Source: Candidatus Poribacteria bacterium (lineage in GTDB: Bacteria > Poribacteria > WGA-4E > WGA-3G). Taken from it: a DNA stretch of 64,000 nt. The notes below the pieces were generated by a model. The model searched no databases and was not told the origin of the DNA. It saw only the letters and a program-made list of their open reading frames with translations. The DNA is taken from assembly GCA_965205015.1 (NCBI GenBank), contig OZ242029.1:4096001-4160000 (forward strand), read 5' to 3'. Shown here one piece after another: positions 46,001-54,565 of the stretch; position 1 is the stretch's first letter; every line of letters starts with the position of its first letter. Position numbers and translations under genes: made by a program.

Positions 46001-46817
46001 TTTAGAGAAAGGAAAAGATAAACTGGTGCGTCTGGGGGACATCGCGGAGGTGAGACGAGGCTTCACAACGGGTGCCAATGAGTTCTTTTATCTTGACGAT
46101 GAAAGGATTCAGGCATGGGACCTTGCGGATGAATTTCTGAAGCCTGTCATCAAGAGTCCACGGGAATGCAAAAGCATCCGTGTAGATCCCAACCAGTTGC
46201 AGTTCAAGTTATTTATGTGCCATGCAGATAAATCCGAATTAGCAGGGACTGCGGCGTTGGAATACATTGAATGGGGTGAGTCGCAGGGGTATCATCGGAG
46301 ACCGAGTTGTCGAGGTCGCACACGCTGGTGGGATTTGGGGCAATGGGAATACCCTGATATGTTATGGTCGGATGCCTACAATGTTCGATTTGGATGTTTT
46401 GAAAACGCTGGTGATTATTTTGCAGATAAACGGTTTTTCGTTATAGAATTCAAGGAGAACAATTTGGCAACGCGCGCCTACTTAAACAGCACTATCATTC
46501 CGTTGTTAATTGAAACCGAAGGTATCTCTAATTTGGGTGAAGGCGTTATTTATACCAACGTTTACTGGTTAAAAACACTTCCGATATTGACAGAAAACCG
46601 TATAACGAAAGAGATTCACCAATGCTATGAAAACATAAAAACGCGCGAGATCCTTCCTATCTTTGATGAAATCCATCAACCTGATCGTCGCGCCCTTGAC
46701 ACAATCATTTTCGATGCCCTTGACCTCACACAAGGTGAACGGGATGGTGTGTATGAAGCGGTTGTGAATCTGGTAGAATCGCGCCTGCGGAAGGCGAGGA
46801 GTTTGAAGGGTAAATAG
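43089..46817 (+). CDS. Eco57I/TaqI-like N6-adenine DNA methyltransferase with TRD (start ATG 43089)
   Basis: PFLNGGLF, LGKVFENLL, GSFYTPREIV, ILDPACGSGAF, IGNPPYVRQE; ATGA overlap with the helicase stop. Confidence 0.9.
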   Translation: MNELQTRKNIEQALKDFQRGALAMNANNLLNALGYESEITVELESNLAEEFISYFDQFGKLNPERAMVDEWESIDFLFQLTEEEISGTGQTRIVFKNRQLDNTVIESYVFFALKLRENNYTRTQLANITREINRLTPMPAMIVFQHGQTVSLAVINRRLHKRDAAKDVLEKVTLIKDIDSHDPHPAHIQILFDLSRDELFRVHGFSNFVELHRAWAKTLDIQELNKRFYRELSNWYFWAMDNVTFPEDAGENVDIRNATSVIRLVTRLIFVWFIKEKKLVPDIFFNPREIEKILVSTDPQESTYYKAILQNLFFATLNQEMNTPKKPDNRKFRGKGRQHYNITSLYRYETYFTNSDEALRHFEKIPFLNGGLFECLDKENKDNPKKILRIDGFSDRADNQLSVPNFLFFSEERNVDLNSVYDTKGKRYKVRGLIDILRRYKFTITENTPIEEEVALDPELLGKVFENLLAAYNPETGATARKQTGSFYTPREIVNYMVDESLIAYLKESSRHTPLCRSIDTDAATETKLRHLLAYNDEPHQFTDTEIEQLINAIDTLKILDPACGSGAFPMGILHKLVFILGKLDPRNDQWRQRQIAKVEHLIDMAEEIDDSTVRRNTIRDLEQEKDNINETFERNELDYGRKLYLIENCIYGVDIQPIAVQIAKLRFFISLVVDQRIDDAQENRGVRPLPNLETKFVAGNTLIGVEKPTQLLMRNPEIDRKERELGGVRRKHFTARTPRTKEKYRNLDKQIRADISQLLRSDGFPSETTEKIANWDPYDQNAVADFFDAEWMFGITEGFDVVIGNPPYVRQEKIKALKPAFKKHYTCYTGAADLYVYFYERGLQLLSPNGIHTFICSNSWLDVNYGAPLQKYVLDNTAGAVVCHSEAEREFESADINTIVSILQNGTPNADSRARFLTFKTFIGDPDVENRREGTRTYTELAQAGTRDNRYAGDKWGGKYLRAPDIYWTILEKGKDKLVRLGDIAEVRRGFTTGANEFFYLDDERIQAWDLADEFLKPVIKSPRECKSIRVDPNQLQFKLFMCHADKSELAGTAALEYIEWGESQGYHRRPSCRGRTRWWDLGQWEYPDMLWSDAYNVRFGCFENAGDYFADKRFFVIEFKENNLATRAYLNSTIIPLLIETEGISNLGEGVIYTNVYWLKTLPILTENRITKEIHQCYENIKTREILPIFDEIHQPDRRALDTIIFDALDLTQGERDGVYEAVVNLVESRLRKARSLKGK

Positions 46818-46819
46818 GG

Positions 46820-46936
46820 TGTCTGAATCGCGGATTTTCGCGGATTAGGCAGATTTCGCGGATTACGCTCCAGCGGAGCGATATGTCTATAGTACACATG
46901 ATGGGTCCAGTCTTCCGCTCCAGCGGAGCGGTATGT
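46820..46936 (+). repeat. Composite repeat: 9-mer array plus paired GCTCCAGCGGAGC palindromes
   Basis: tgtctgaatcgcggattttcgcggattaggcagatttcgcggatt then cgctccagcggagcg x2. Confidence 0.75.
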
Positions 46937-46985
46937 GAGGTATGAAAATTAGGAAAATTAGGTGAGTGTCAGATTCCAAATTTGG

Positions 46986-47015
46986 TTGATATCTGTCGGC
47001 TATATGTGCTATTCT
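46986..47015 (+). promoter_or_regulatory. Putative sigma70 promoter of the TIR-TPR/PIN operon
   Basis: TTGATA-N18-TATTCT with TG extension. Confidence 0.5.
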
Positions 47016-47121
47016 TAAGTATGGTAATCTGCATTGTTGAGAAAGCAGCGCACAAACCGTCTGAATCGCTGATTATACGGAGTTTTCCGATCCATATTAG
47101 CCTTGAATAGGGATGTAATGA

Positions 47122-50100
47122 ATGCCAAAATATGATGTTGCGTTGTCGTTCGCTGGACAAGATCGACAGCACGCCAAAGCCTTAGCAGATCTTCTTAAAA
47201 CGGGCGGATATACATTCTTTTATGATGAGAATGAGCGCGCGCACCTTTGGGGCAAAGATCTCTATGTTCACCTATCGTCGATTTACAAAAATCAGGCGCG
47301 CTATTGTATTATGTTTTTGTCTGAACACTATGCCCGGAACTTGTGGACCAACCATGAGCGCGAGAGTGCTCAGGCGAGGGCATTTCAGGAAAATCGCGAG
47401 TATATTCTCCCAGTTCGTATTGATGATACAGAAATACCGGGTATTCTCCCGACGGTTGGATATCTTGATTTACGTTCAATGACTATTGCAGAAGTCTATG
47501 AAGCCTTAGTAAAAAAGTTATCAAGTACTGCATCACGAAAAACACCATCCGATAACAACAATGCTCCTCATCCTGAGAGGGAGAAAGAAAAATCCTTTAA
47601 TCATGAACGCGATCAAAATGTAAACGCTGAAGATTCTAAAACATCTTTAGGTCAAAAAGGTGTGAGCGAAAAGGGATCTCATGAAAAGGCAAGCAACAGG
47701 CCACTAAAAGGATTCATTACATACTCACACGAGAATACTATACAAAAAGACGAATTACGCAAACGTTTTGCCGTAATGAAGCAGAATAATGAGCTAATAA
47801 CATGGGATGACGGTCAACTTACACCTGGAGATGGAGCACTTCAGGAAGACATTCTCGAAAAGATTGCTGATTCGGACCTACTACTCTACCTTGTTTCTGC
47901 CGCGAGTCTTGACTCTAAAAACTGTAACAGGGAATTAGCAGAGGCGTTGAAGCGAGAGATTAGAGTTATCCCGATTATCCTTGAGCATTGCGATTGGCTG
48001 CATCATCAACTTAGCGGTTTTGAAGTTCTTCCACACAAAGGGAAGCCGCTTAGCGGTTGGGACGATCAGAGCGAAGGCTGGCAAAATGTGGTGGATGGCG
48101 TTCGAAAAGCACTTAACAAGATGGGGGGGGGATCCGAGACACCCGAGAAAGAGTTACGCGCTGAATTAGCGTTCCAACGTGGGAATACTATCATGATACT
48201 CGGACAACTGGATATGGCAATAGAGGCGTACTCTGATGCTATCAATCTCAATCCGCGTAACGCGAGTGCCTATTGCAATCGCGGTGTTGCTTACATGGAA
48301 AAAGGCGAACTTGATCGCGCTATTAAGGACTATAACATAGCGATAAAATTGGGTTTCAAGCATGCTTTAGTCCATACCAATCGCGGGGTCGCTTATGGGA
48401 AAAAAGAGGAACATGATCTTGCTATAAAAGATTATAACAAAGCCATAGAACTCAATTCCGGTTTTGCCCATGCCTATTACAACCGGGGTGTCGCTTATAG
48501 TGATATAGGCGAATTGGATCTTGCTATTCAAGACTATACTAAAGCAATAGAACGTAAACACGATTATATTCAAGCCTACACCGGCCGAGGTCTTGTCTAC
48601 AGCGAAAAAAATGATTTTGACTTAGCAATTGCGGACTATACTCAGGCAATAGAACTCAATCAACACTATGCAGCTGCCTACAACAACCGCGGACTCGCTT
48701 ACGTTAGTACGGGTGAGTTGGATCTTGCTATTCAAGACTATACTAAAGCAATAGAACTCAATCCAAAGTTTGCCGGAACCTATTATAATCGCGGTGTTGC
48801 TTATGGACAGAAAAATGAAATTGATAAAAGTATCGTTGATTATACCAAGACAGTAGAACTGGATTCTAATTATGTGGATGCCTACTACTGTCTCGGCAAT
48901 GCCTATGTTGATAAAGACAAATTTATCGCAGCCATCACACACTATAGTAAAGTGATAGAATTGGATCCAGATTATGTTGAGGCCTATTATAATCGAGGTT
49001 GGACGCATAGCAAAAATGCCAATCATGATCTTGCTATTGCAGATTGTGACATGGTAATAGAATTAGAACCGAGTCGTGCGGGAGCATATAACATGCGCGG
49101 TGTTTCCAACTACAGTAAAGGCAATTCCGCGAATGCAATTAAAGACTTTAGCAAAGCAATAGAATTAGAGCCAGATTATGTTGATGCCTATAATAACCGC
49201 GGCAACGTTTACCTCAAAAGCAGACAAGTTGTTCTTGCGCTTAAAGACTTTAACAAGGCAATAGAACTTAATCCCAAGTATAGAGATGCCTATAATGGTC
49301 TCGCTGAAGTTCATAGCGTTAGAGATGAGTTTGACCAGGCTATTGCCAACTATAACAAGGCACTAAAATTGGATCCTAATTATGCCGTGGCCTATTGCAA
49401 TCGAGGCAATGTCTATAATGACAAAGGCGAGGTAGACAAGGCAATTGCGGATTATAACAGGGCGATTGCCCTAGACTCGAAAAATGCCGAAACCTATTAT
49501 AGTAGAGGCAATACGTACCTCAATAAAGGTGAGTTTGATCTCGCTATCACAGATTATAATAAAGCAATAGAACTCAACCTAGACAAGGCTGAAGTCTACT
49601 TATACCGCGGCGTGGCTCGGATGTGCTTGCGAAATTGGCAAGATGCCAAAGCCGATCTGATTGTTGCCCGGGACAAAGAGTTGGATATCACCGATGCGTT
49701 TCATAAAGACATCAAAAGTATTGAAGCCCTTGAGCGAATAGTCGGTACTCCATTGCCCACAGATATTGCTTTACTGTTAACGCACCAAGTACTTGAACCT
49801 AATAATGCTGAAACCTATATCATCCGTGGCATTGCTTACGCTAAAAATGGCGAGTATGATCTTGCCGTTGCTGATTTTAGCAAGGCAATAGAACTAGAAC
49901 CAGAGACGCTTATTGCCTATGGGCATCGCGGCGTAGCTTACTACAACGAAGGCAAGTTTCACCAAGCGGTCACTGACTTTAATAGAACAATAAGCCTTAC
50001 ACCTGAAGACCCATTTGCCTATTATGTTCGCGGGATGGCTTACCGTAACCTGTTGGTTTTTGAGAAAGCCATCCAAGACTTTAGCACAGCGGCAATACGT

Positions 50101-51027
50101 CTCAAACCCGATGCGGCTGCCAATGCCTATACGGAACGCGGTGTAACCTACCACCTTAAGGGGGACGTGGATAAGGCAATTGAAGACTATAACACTGCAA
50201 TAGCGTTGGATCCAAAGTTCCCAAAGGCTTATACGGAACGTGGAAAGACTTACCGCGATAAAGGCGAGGTAGACAAGGCGATTGCGGATTACGACAGAGC
50301 CATAGAACTTAATCCAGAGTTTGCTGAGCCTTATACCTGCCGCGGCTCCATCTACAAGGAACGAGGCGAGATAGACAAGGCGATTGAAGATCACAGGAAA
50401 GCCATAGAATTGAATCCAGAATTTGCTGAAGCATACCTCAATCGGGGACAGGCTTACTACGCCAAGAACGAATTGGACAAGGCGATTGCGGATTATGACA
50501 AAGCCATAGAGCTTGATCCAAAACTTGTGGAGGCATACACGCATCGGGGCAACGCATATCGCGACAAAGCCGAGTTAGACAGTGCAATTACGGATTATAC
50601 GAAGGCACTAAAACTCAGACCAAAAGTTGCCGAATCCTATTATACACGGGGTGAAGCGTGGTTGCTTGCGAAAAGGTGGGAAGAAGCAAAGACCGACCTG
50701 ACAGCTGCGCTCTTACAAGACGTAGATGTTGCCGCTGTGTTTCACAATACCTATGAAAGCACTGCTGCCTTTGAACAAAAAATAGGGGTTCGTTTACCGA
50801 AAGAGATTGTTGAGTTGCTGACCCCACCGAGCGGGTCCCCGTTTGAAATTGGGAGAGACGCGCGGATCGCGTTAGGAATGAAGTACTACGGGAGCGGTGA
50901 ACTTAGCAGTGGTCTTGCCTCGAAACTCGCAGGGGTCCCGCGCGAAGAATTCTGGCGTCTGATGGGGGATTATGGGCTCTCTCCTTTGTATGTTGATGAG
51001 GAGGAGCTTGTCAATAGCGGATTTTAA
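47122..51027 (+). CDS. TIR-TIR-TPR(~24)-UPF0175 antitoxin-like fusion protein
   Basis: TIR1 YDVALSFAG...WTNHE; TIR2 FITYSHEN...NCNRE...VIPIILEHCDW; 15+9 TPRs of ~34 aa; C-terminal RIALGMKYYGSGELSSGLASKLAGVPREEFWRLMGDYG. Confidence 0.88.
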   Translation: MPKYDVALSFAGQDRQHAKALADLLKTGGYTFFYDENERAHLWGKDLYVHLSSIYKNQARYCIMFLSEHYARNLWTNHERESAQARAFQENREYILPVRIDDTEIPGILPTVGYLDLRSMTIAEVYEALVKKLSSTASRKTPSDNNNAPHPEREKEKSFNHERDQNVNAEDSKTSLGQKGVSEKGSHEKASNRPLKGFITYSHENTIQKDELRKRFAVMKQNNELITWDDGQLTPGDGALQEDILEKIADSDLLLYLVSAASLDSKNCNRELAEALKREIRVIPIILEHCDWLHHQLSGFEVLPHKGKPLSGWDDQSEGWQNVVDGVRKALNKMGGGSETPEKELRAELAFQRGNTIMILGQLDMAIEAYSDAINLNPRNASAYCNRGVAYMEKGELDRAIKDYNIAIKLGFKHALVHTNRGVAYGKKEEHDLAIKDYNKAIELNSGFAHAYYNRGVAYSDIGELDLAIQDYTKAIERKHDYIQAYTGRGLVYSEKNDFDLAIADYTQAIELNQHYAAAYNNRGLAYVSTGELDLAIQDYTKAIELNPKFAGTYYNRGVAYGQKNEIDKSIVDYTKTVELDSNYVDAYYCLGNAYVDKDKFIAAITHYSKVIELDPDYVEAYYNRGWTHSKNANHDLAIADCDMVIELEPSRAGAYNMRGVSNYSKGNSANAIKDFSKAIELEPDYVDAYNNRGNVYLKSRQVVLALKDFNKAIELNPKYRDAYNGLAEVHSVRDEFDQAIANYNKALKLDPNYAVAYCNRGNVYNDKGEVDKAIADYNRAIALDSKNAETYYSRGNTYLNKGEFDLAITDYNKAIELNLDKAEVYLYRGVARMCLRNWQDAKADLIVARDKELDITDAFHKDIKSIEALERIVGTPLPTDIALLLTHQVLEPNNAETYIIRGIAYAKNGEYDLAVADFSKAIELEPETLIAYGHRGVAYYNEGKFHQAVTDFNRTISLTPEDPFAYYVRGMAYRNLLVFEKAIQDFSTAAIRLKPDAAANAYTERGVTYHLKGDVDKAIEDYNTAIALDPKFPKAYTERGKTYRDKGEVDKAIADYDRAIELNPEFAEPYTCRGSIYKERGEIDKAIEDHRKAIELNPEFAEAYLNRGQAYYAKNELDKAIADYDKAIELDPKLVEAYTHRGNAYRDKAELDSAITDYTKALKLRPKVAESYYTRGEAWLLAKRWEEAKTDLTAALLQDVDVAAVFHNTYESTAAFEQKIGVRLPKEIVELLTPPSGSPFEIGRDARIALGMKYYGSGELSSGLASKLAGVPREEFWRLMGDYGLSPLYVDEEELVNSGF

Positions 51028-51029
51028 GG

Positions 51030-51521
51030 ATGCCAATACAGCCAGTTATTAGCAATAACAGTCCGCTTGTTGGACTCTTCGGGCTCAACCTTCTTTCTCT
51101 ATTGCGTGATCTTTATACAGAGGTGTGGATTCCACGAAAAGTTGAAAAGGAGTTTCTCAAAAAAGATCCGATAGTTCGTCGGGAAGCCCTCGAAAATGCG
51201 CCTTGGATTAAAACCGTCGATTTAACGGATCCGCAAACCGCTGCGGTTTATGTGGCACTTGATGACGGTGAAGCCGAAACCTTGGCTCTTGCGAATGAAC
51301 ATGATGCACGTCTCGTTCTTCTTGATGAAAAGGTGGGAAGACAGACTGCCGAAGAAGTTGGATTAACGGTTAAGGGGACAGTCGGCATTTTGTTGGAAGC
51401 AAAGGAAAAAGGCTTGATTGATGTTATCAAGCCGCTTTTAATTCGGTTGCAGGATAACGGAATGCACCTGAGCGAATCACTCATCCATAACGCCCTGCAA
51501 AGGGCAGGTGAGACAGATTAA
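51030..51521 (+). CDS. DUF3368-family PIN-domain nuclease (VapC-like toxin)
   Basis: VISNNSPL, IPRKVEKE, LDDGEAETLALA, LLDEKVGR, GTVGILLEAKEKGLI; starts 2 nt after the upstream stop. Confidence 0.88.
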   Translation: MPIQPVISNNSPLVGLFGLNLLSLLRDLYTEVWIPRKVEKEFLKKDPIVRREALENAPWIKTVDLTDPQTAAVYVALDDGEAETLALANEHDARLVLLDEKVGRQTAEEVGLTVKGTVGILLEAKEKGLIDVIKPLLIRLQDNGMHLSESLIHNALQRAGETD

Positions 51522-51523
51522 CG

Positions 51524-51708
51524 GTTTTCTGCACACCTATCGCCCCCTTGGGGCTTAGGTATGACATTTGGGGACTGGCTCCACTTGACTAACCCGCTCT
51601 TCTCCTGAAAATCCTAAAATCCCGTAAATCCTGATTCTGACAGCTCCGCCTCACCCTTGCCAAAATCCGCGTAATCCGTATAATCCGTGAAAATCCGCGA
51701 TTCAGACA
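51524..51708 (-). repeat. Composite repeat (two 9-mer arrays plus GCCCC REP), inverted relative to 46820
   Basis: aaaatccgcgtaatccgtataatccgtgaaaatccgcgattcagaca; ttctgcacacctatcgcccccttggggct. Confidence 0.7.
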
Positions 51709-51709
51709 A

Positions 51710-52687
51710 CTATCCCCGCGCAAACACCAAAACATCGTAACTCTGTCCGCTATACGTGAATTGATCTTTGAACCGACCTTCACAGGTAAAGCCTGCGGCT
51801 TCCAAAATCTCCGCCTTCTTTGCAGCACCGCTGTCAATATAACACTGAACCTTTGACTCAGGAAACGTCACTGCAGAAAGCAACGCCGGAACAGCGTCTG
51901 CAAAATTCGGATGAAAGAAGAGGTCCAACACAGCAGTCGCGGGTCGCCAACGTGAATCCCGACCGACAGTTGCCCATCCCACGATTGCTCCACCTGAAGA
52001 AATTAACAATTTCGCATCGTCGTAGGCGTCCTCGGTTTCCAAATCGTGTTTGAAACTCAGAAATCCGCCCTCAAGGTTCGTGGGACCGTAAACCCCCCAC
52101 TTCAGACTTCGGAGTGTGTCCCATCCGACAATACCCGATAACGCCGTGACTTTCGGCCAATCGTGCCATTCCACGGATTTCGGTGCCGCAGGTGCAGGCG
52201 CGAAGTAACGTTCCTCAAAGTCCTCATTGACATGATACTTCATGAAACCGGACTCTGGAAATACGCTTTCAAATCCGAAACTGTGATAGATATAATAGGG
52301 ATGACTCTTGTAACCCGTGCCGAGGTAGAGTGCCTTGCCTAACCGTTGTCGGAAATCCTCCATCTGATACGCCATCACGCCTTTTGCTGCCCCCTTCCTG
52401 CGCTGTTCTGGCATGGTAAAAACGTGTCCTAAAATACCGACGCCTTCATACTCAACCGTCATGATGTTGGTAATCACAGTGCCGTCGAGTTTACCGACAT
52501 AGAAACGGGTTTCTAATACATCAAGGATTTCCGTGACGCACCGCTCAATATGCCACTTATAGTTCCCCGGTTTATGCCCAAGGAATTGTTTCACCTCTTC
52601 GGCGTGAGGCGTGTCTGGGGCGGTAATGACACCGACCTCCATCCGTTCCCCTGTTTTCAGTAATGCGTCTCCGAGTTTATCGTACAT
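51710..52687 (-). CDS. Tandem GNAT acetyltransferase (start reassigned to 52687)
   Basis: GHVFTMPEQRRKGAAK, YHSFGFE, second GNAT-like lobe LEAAGFTCEG; GAGG SD. Confidence 0.8.
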   Translation of the reverse strand: MYDKLGDALLKTGERMEVGVITAPDTPHAEEVKQFLGHKPGNYKWHIERCVTEILDVLETRFYVGKLDGTVITNIMTVEYEGVGILGHVFTMPEQRRKGAAKGVMAYQMEDFRQRLGKALYLGTGYKSHPYYIYHSFGFESVFPESGFMKYHVNEDFEERYFAPAPAAPKSVEWHDWPKVTALSGIVGWDTLRSLKWGVYGPTNLEGGFLSFKHDLETEDAYDDAKLLISSGGAIVGWATVGRDSRWRPATAVLDLFFHPNFADAVPALLSAVTFPESKVQCYIDSGAAKKAEILEAAGFTCEGRFKDQFTYSGQSYDVLVFARG

Positions 52688-52716
52688 CTCTACCTCTATT
52701 GTATCAATTATAGGAA

Positions 52717-52865
52717 TAGGACTTACGCAGTTTCCCTGTTTTTGTGCCGTTTTTGGTTCGTAGTCGCGCAATGGCGCAAGTCGCGTATGGACTTGCGGGA
52801 CAATGCGCTTTCTTCGGGAATATCACCGCAATTTTGGCATAGAAGCCAATTGTGCATAAGTCCTG
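52717..52865. mobile_element. MITE-like element, second copy of the AGGACTTACGCA family
   Basis: taggacttacgca...tgcataagtcctg; internal tttggttcgtagtcgcgcaatggcgcaagtcgcgt shared with 6193-6395. Confidence 0.75.
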
Positions 52866-52999
52866 AGAAAAATAAAATTAGCAAACACCGCGAAAATATG
52901 ATATACTTAAAATCGCTTGATGTCAAGCCTGAATGCTGGTATCGTAAAGCATTATACAGGAGCGCTGTATAGGCGCGCAAAGATCAAAATGGAGGGACT

Positions 53000-53464
53000 A
53001 TGGAGACAGAACAGACACTGGTTCTCATCAAACCGGACGGTGTTCAGCGTGGGCTTATCGGTGAAGTCATTGCCCGCTATGAGCACAAAGGACTCAAAAT
53101 CGTTGGGATGAAATTGCTGCGACTCCCGCGCGACACGGCAGAAAAACTCTACGCCGTCCATCACGGTAAATCTTTTTACGATGTACTTATCGAATTCATG
53201 ACTTCAGCCCCTATTGTTGCTTTAGCGATTGAGGGACGCGGGGCAATAGAATTAGTCCGCATTCTCAATGGAGAGACTGACCCGAAAAAATCACAACCCG
53301 GAAGTATCCGAGGCGATTTCTCAATCAATATCACGCATAACGTCGTGCACGCATCCGACTCTCCAAGGAGTGCTGAGCGTGAATTGGAGATCGTGTTTGC
53401 ACCCGATGAACGCTACAAATATCACCGAATAGATGAAGAGATCCTGCATCCTTCGGCGGTGTAA
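53000..53464 (+). CDS. ndk: Nucleoside diphosphate kinase
   Basis: IKPDGVQRGLIG, PGSIRGDF, NVVHASDS. Confidence 0.97.
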   Translation: METEQTLVLIKPDGVQRGLIGEVIARYEHKGLKIVGMKLLRLPRDTAEKLYAVHHGKSFYDVLIEFMTSAPIVALAIEGRGAIELVRILNGETDPKKSQPGSIRGDFSINITHNVVHASDSPRSAERELEIVFAPDERYKYHRIDEEILHPSAV

Positions 53465-53570
53465 CGGATAGGCATTAAACTGCGTTTTTTTATTTAACAC
53501 GCACAGTTCCCAAATTTTATTCGAGAACTTTTGTGCAAAAAACATCAAAAATAGATGGAGGTCAAAACAA

Positions 53571-54347
53571 TTGAGAACTCTTAATGTATGCGCGCTTATC
53601 CTCATGCTTACCCTTGGATTCGCTTTCAGTGTCCATGCCGGTAAAGCCGACTGTGAAAATATAGATGGTGATGGCGCGAAACCTATCAAAGAGGTTGGTA
53701 AGGAAGATGCCGGCAAGCAGAACGATTACGATGAGGTCGTCGAAGAAGATGACCGCAAGGGTGTCACCTACCTCGCTTTCATTGGCGGTAGCACACCGAA
53801 ACCCAATAAGTGTGGACTGAATCCAAAGAACCCTGAAGCTGAATGGACGGGTTGGGGTGGTCCCCTTGATGTGGACAACGCCACTATCGGAGAAGGCGGA
53901 GGCACCCGCAACCATATCGTCATTGGTGGTATCTACTTTGAGCGCGGCATCGGCTCGCACGCGATTGCAACGATGGTGTACGATCTCAGTGGAGATAAGT
54001 ACCTCAAATTTGAGGGCTATGTCGGTATGTCAGACGAGAAAGATCCAGCAGAATGTAACCACGGCGGCAGCAGCGATTTCATTTTCAGTGTCGACGGAAA
54101 AGAGGTCTTCAAATCCGATACGCTTCAGGGCACAGATGGTGGAAAACAGGTGGAAGCCGTCAAAGTCGAATTTGACATTCCTGCCAATGCCAAAGAACTT
54201 GAAATCGTCATGGGTGACGGTGGCGATGGAATCGGTTGCGATCACTCTGCAATCGGTGATGCAAAACTCCTCAACGCCCAAGCACTCGCCGTTGAACCCG
54301 CTAACAAACTCCCCACAATTTGGGGGCATTTGAAAGATCGTTATTAG
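53571..54347 (+). CDS. Secreted NPCBM/NEW2 carbohydrate-binding protein with AVEP..KL.T.WG.LK tail
   Basis: TTG start with GGAGG SD, signal peptide, GGIYFERGIGSHA...YDL...FEGYVG...DHSAIGDAKL. Confidence 0.8.
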   Translation: MRTLNVCALILMLTLGFAFSVHAGKADCENIDGDGAKPIKEVGKEDAGKQNDYDEVVEEDDRKGVTYLAFIGGSTPKPNKCGLNPKNPEAEWTGWGGPLDVDNATIGEGGGTRNHIVIGGIYFERGIGSHAIATMVYDLSGDKYLKFEGYVGMSDEKDPAECNHGGSSDFIFSVDGKEVFKSDTLQGTDGGKQVEAVKVEFDIPANAKELEIVMGDGGDGIGCDHSAIGDAKLLNAQALAVEPANKLPTIWGHLKDRY

Positions 54348-54565
54348 ACGTTGAGAATCTCTTATCTTGTAATAGAAGAAAATTCTCAAACAACGTTCTT
54401 AAGCCTGATTTAGAGAAGCTATAATGTGTAGCAACACAGCGGGCTTTGCTGAATCAGGTTTTTCCTTGCAATTTCGTGTTATATACGTTATTATAATTAG
54501 AAGTAAAATATGAATCTTAACCCCGTAGGAGTGCTTTTCAAGCACACTCTCGGTAGGAGGAAAAA

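Noticed and set aside
39799-46817. Complete DISARM or BREX system
   Set aside because: No DrmA/DrmB (DUF1998), PglZ or BrxC genes adjacent
47122-51027. Thoeris or Avs assignment
   Set aside because: No ThsA (SIR2/Macro-SLOG) partner and no STAND NTPase Walker motifs between TIR and TPR
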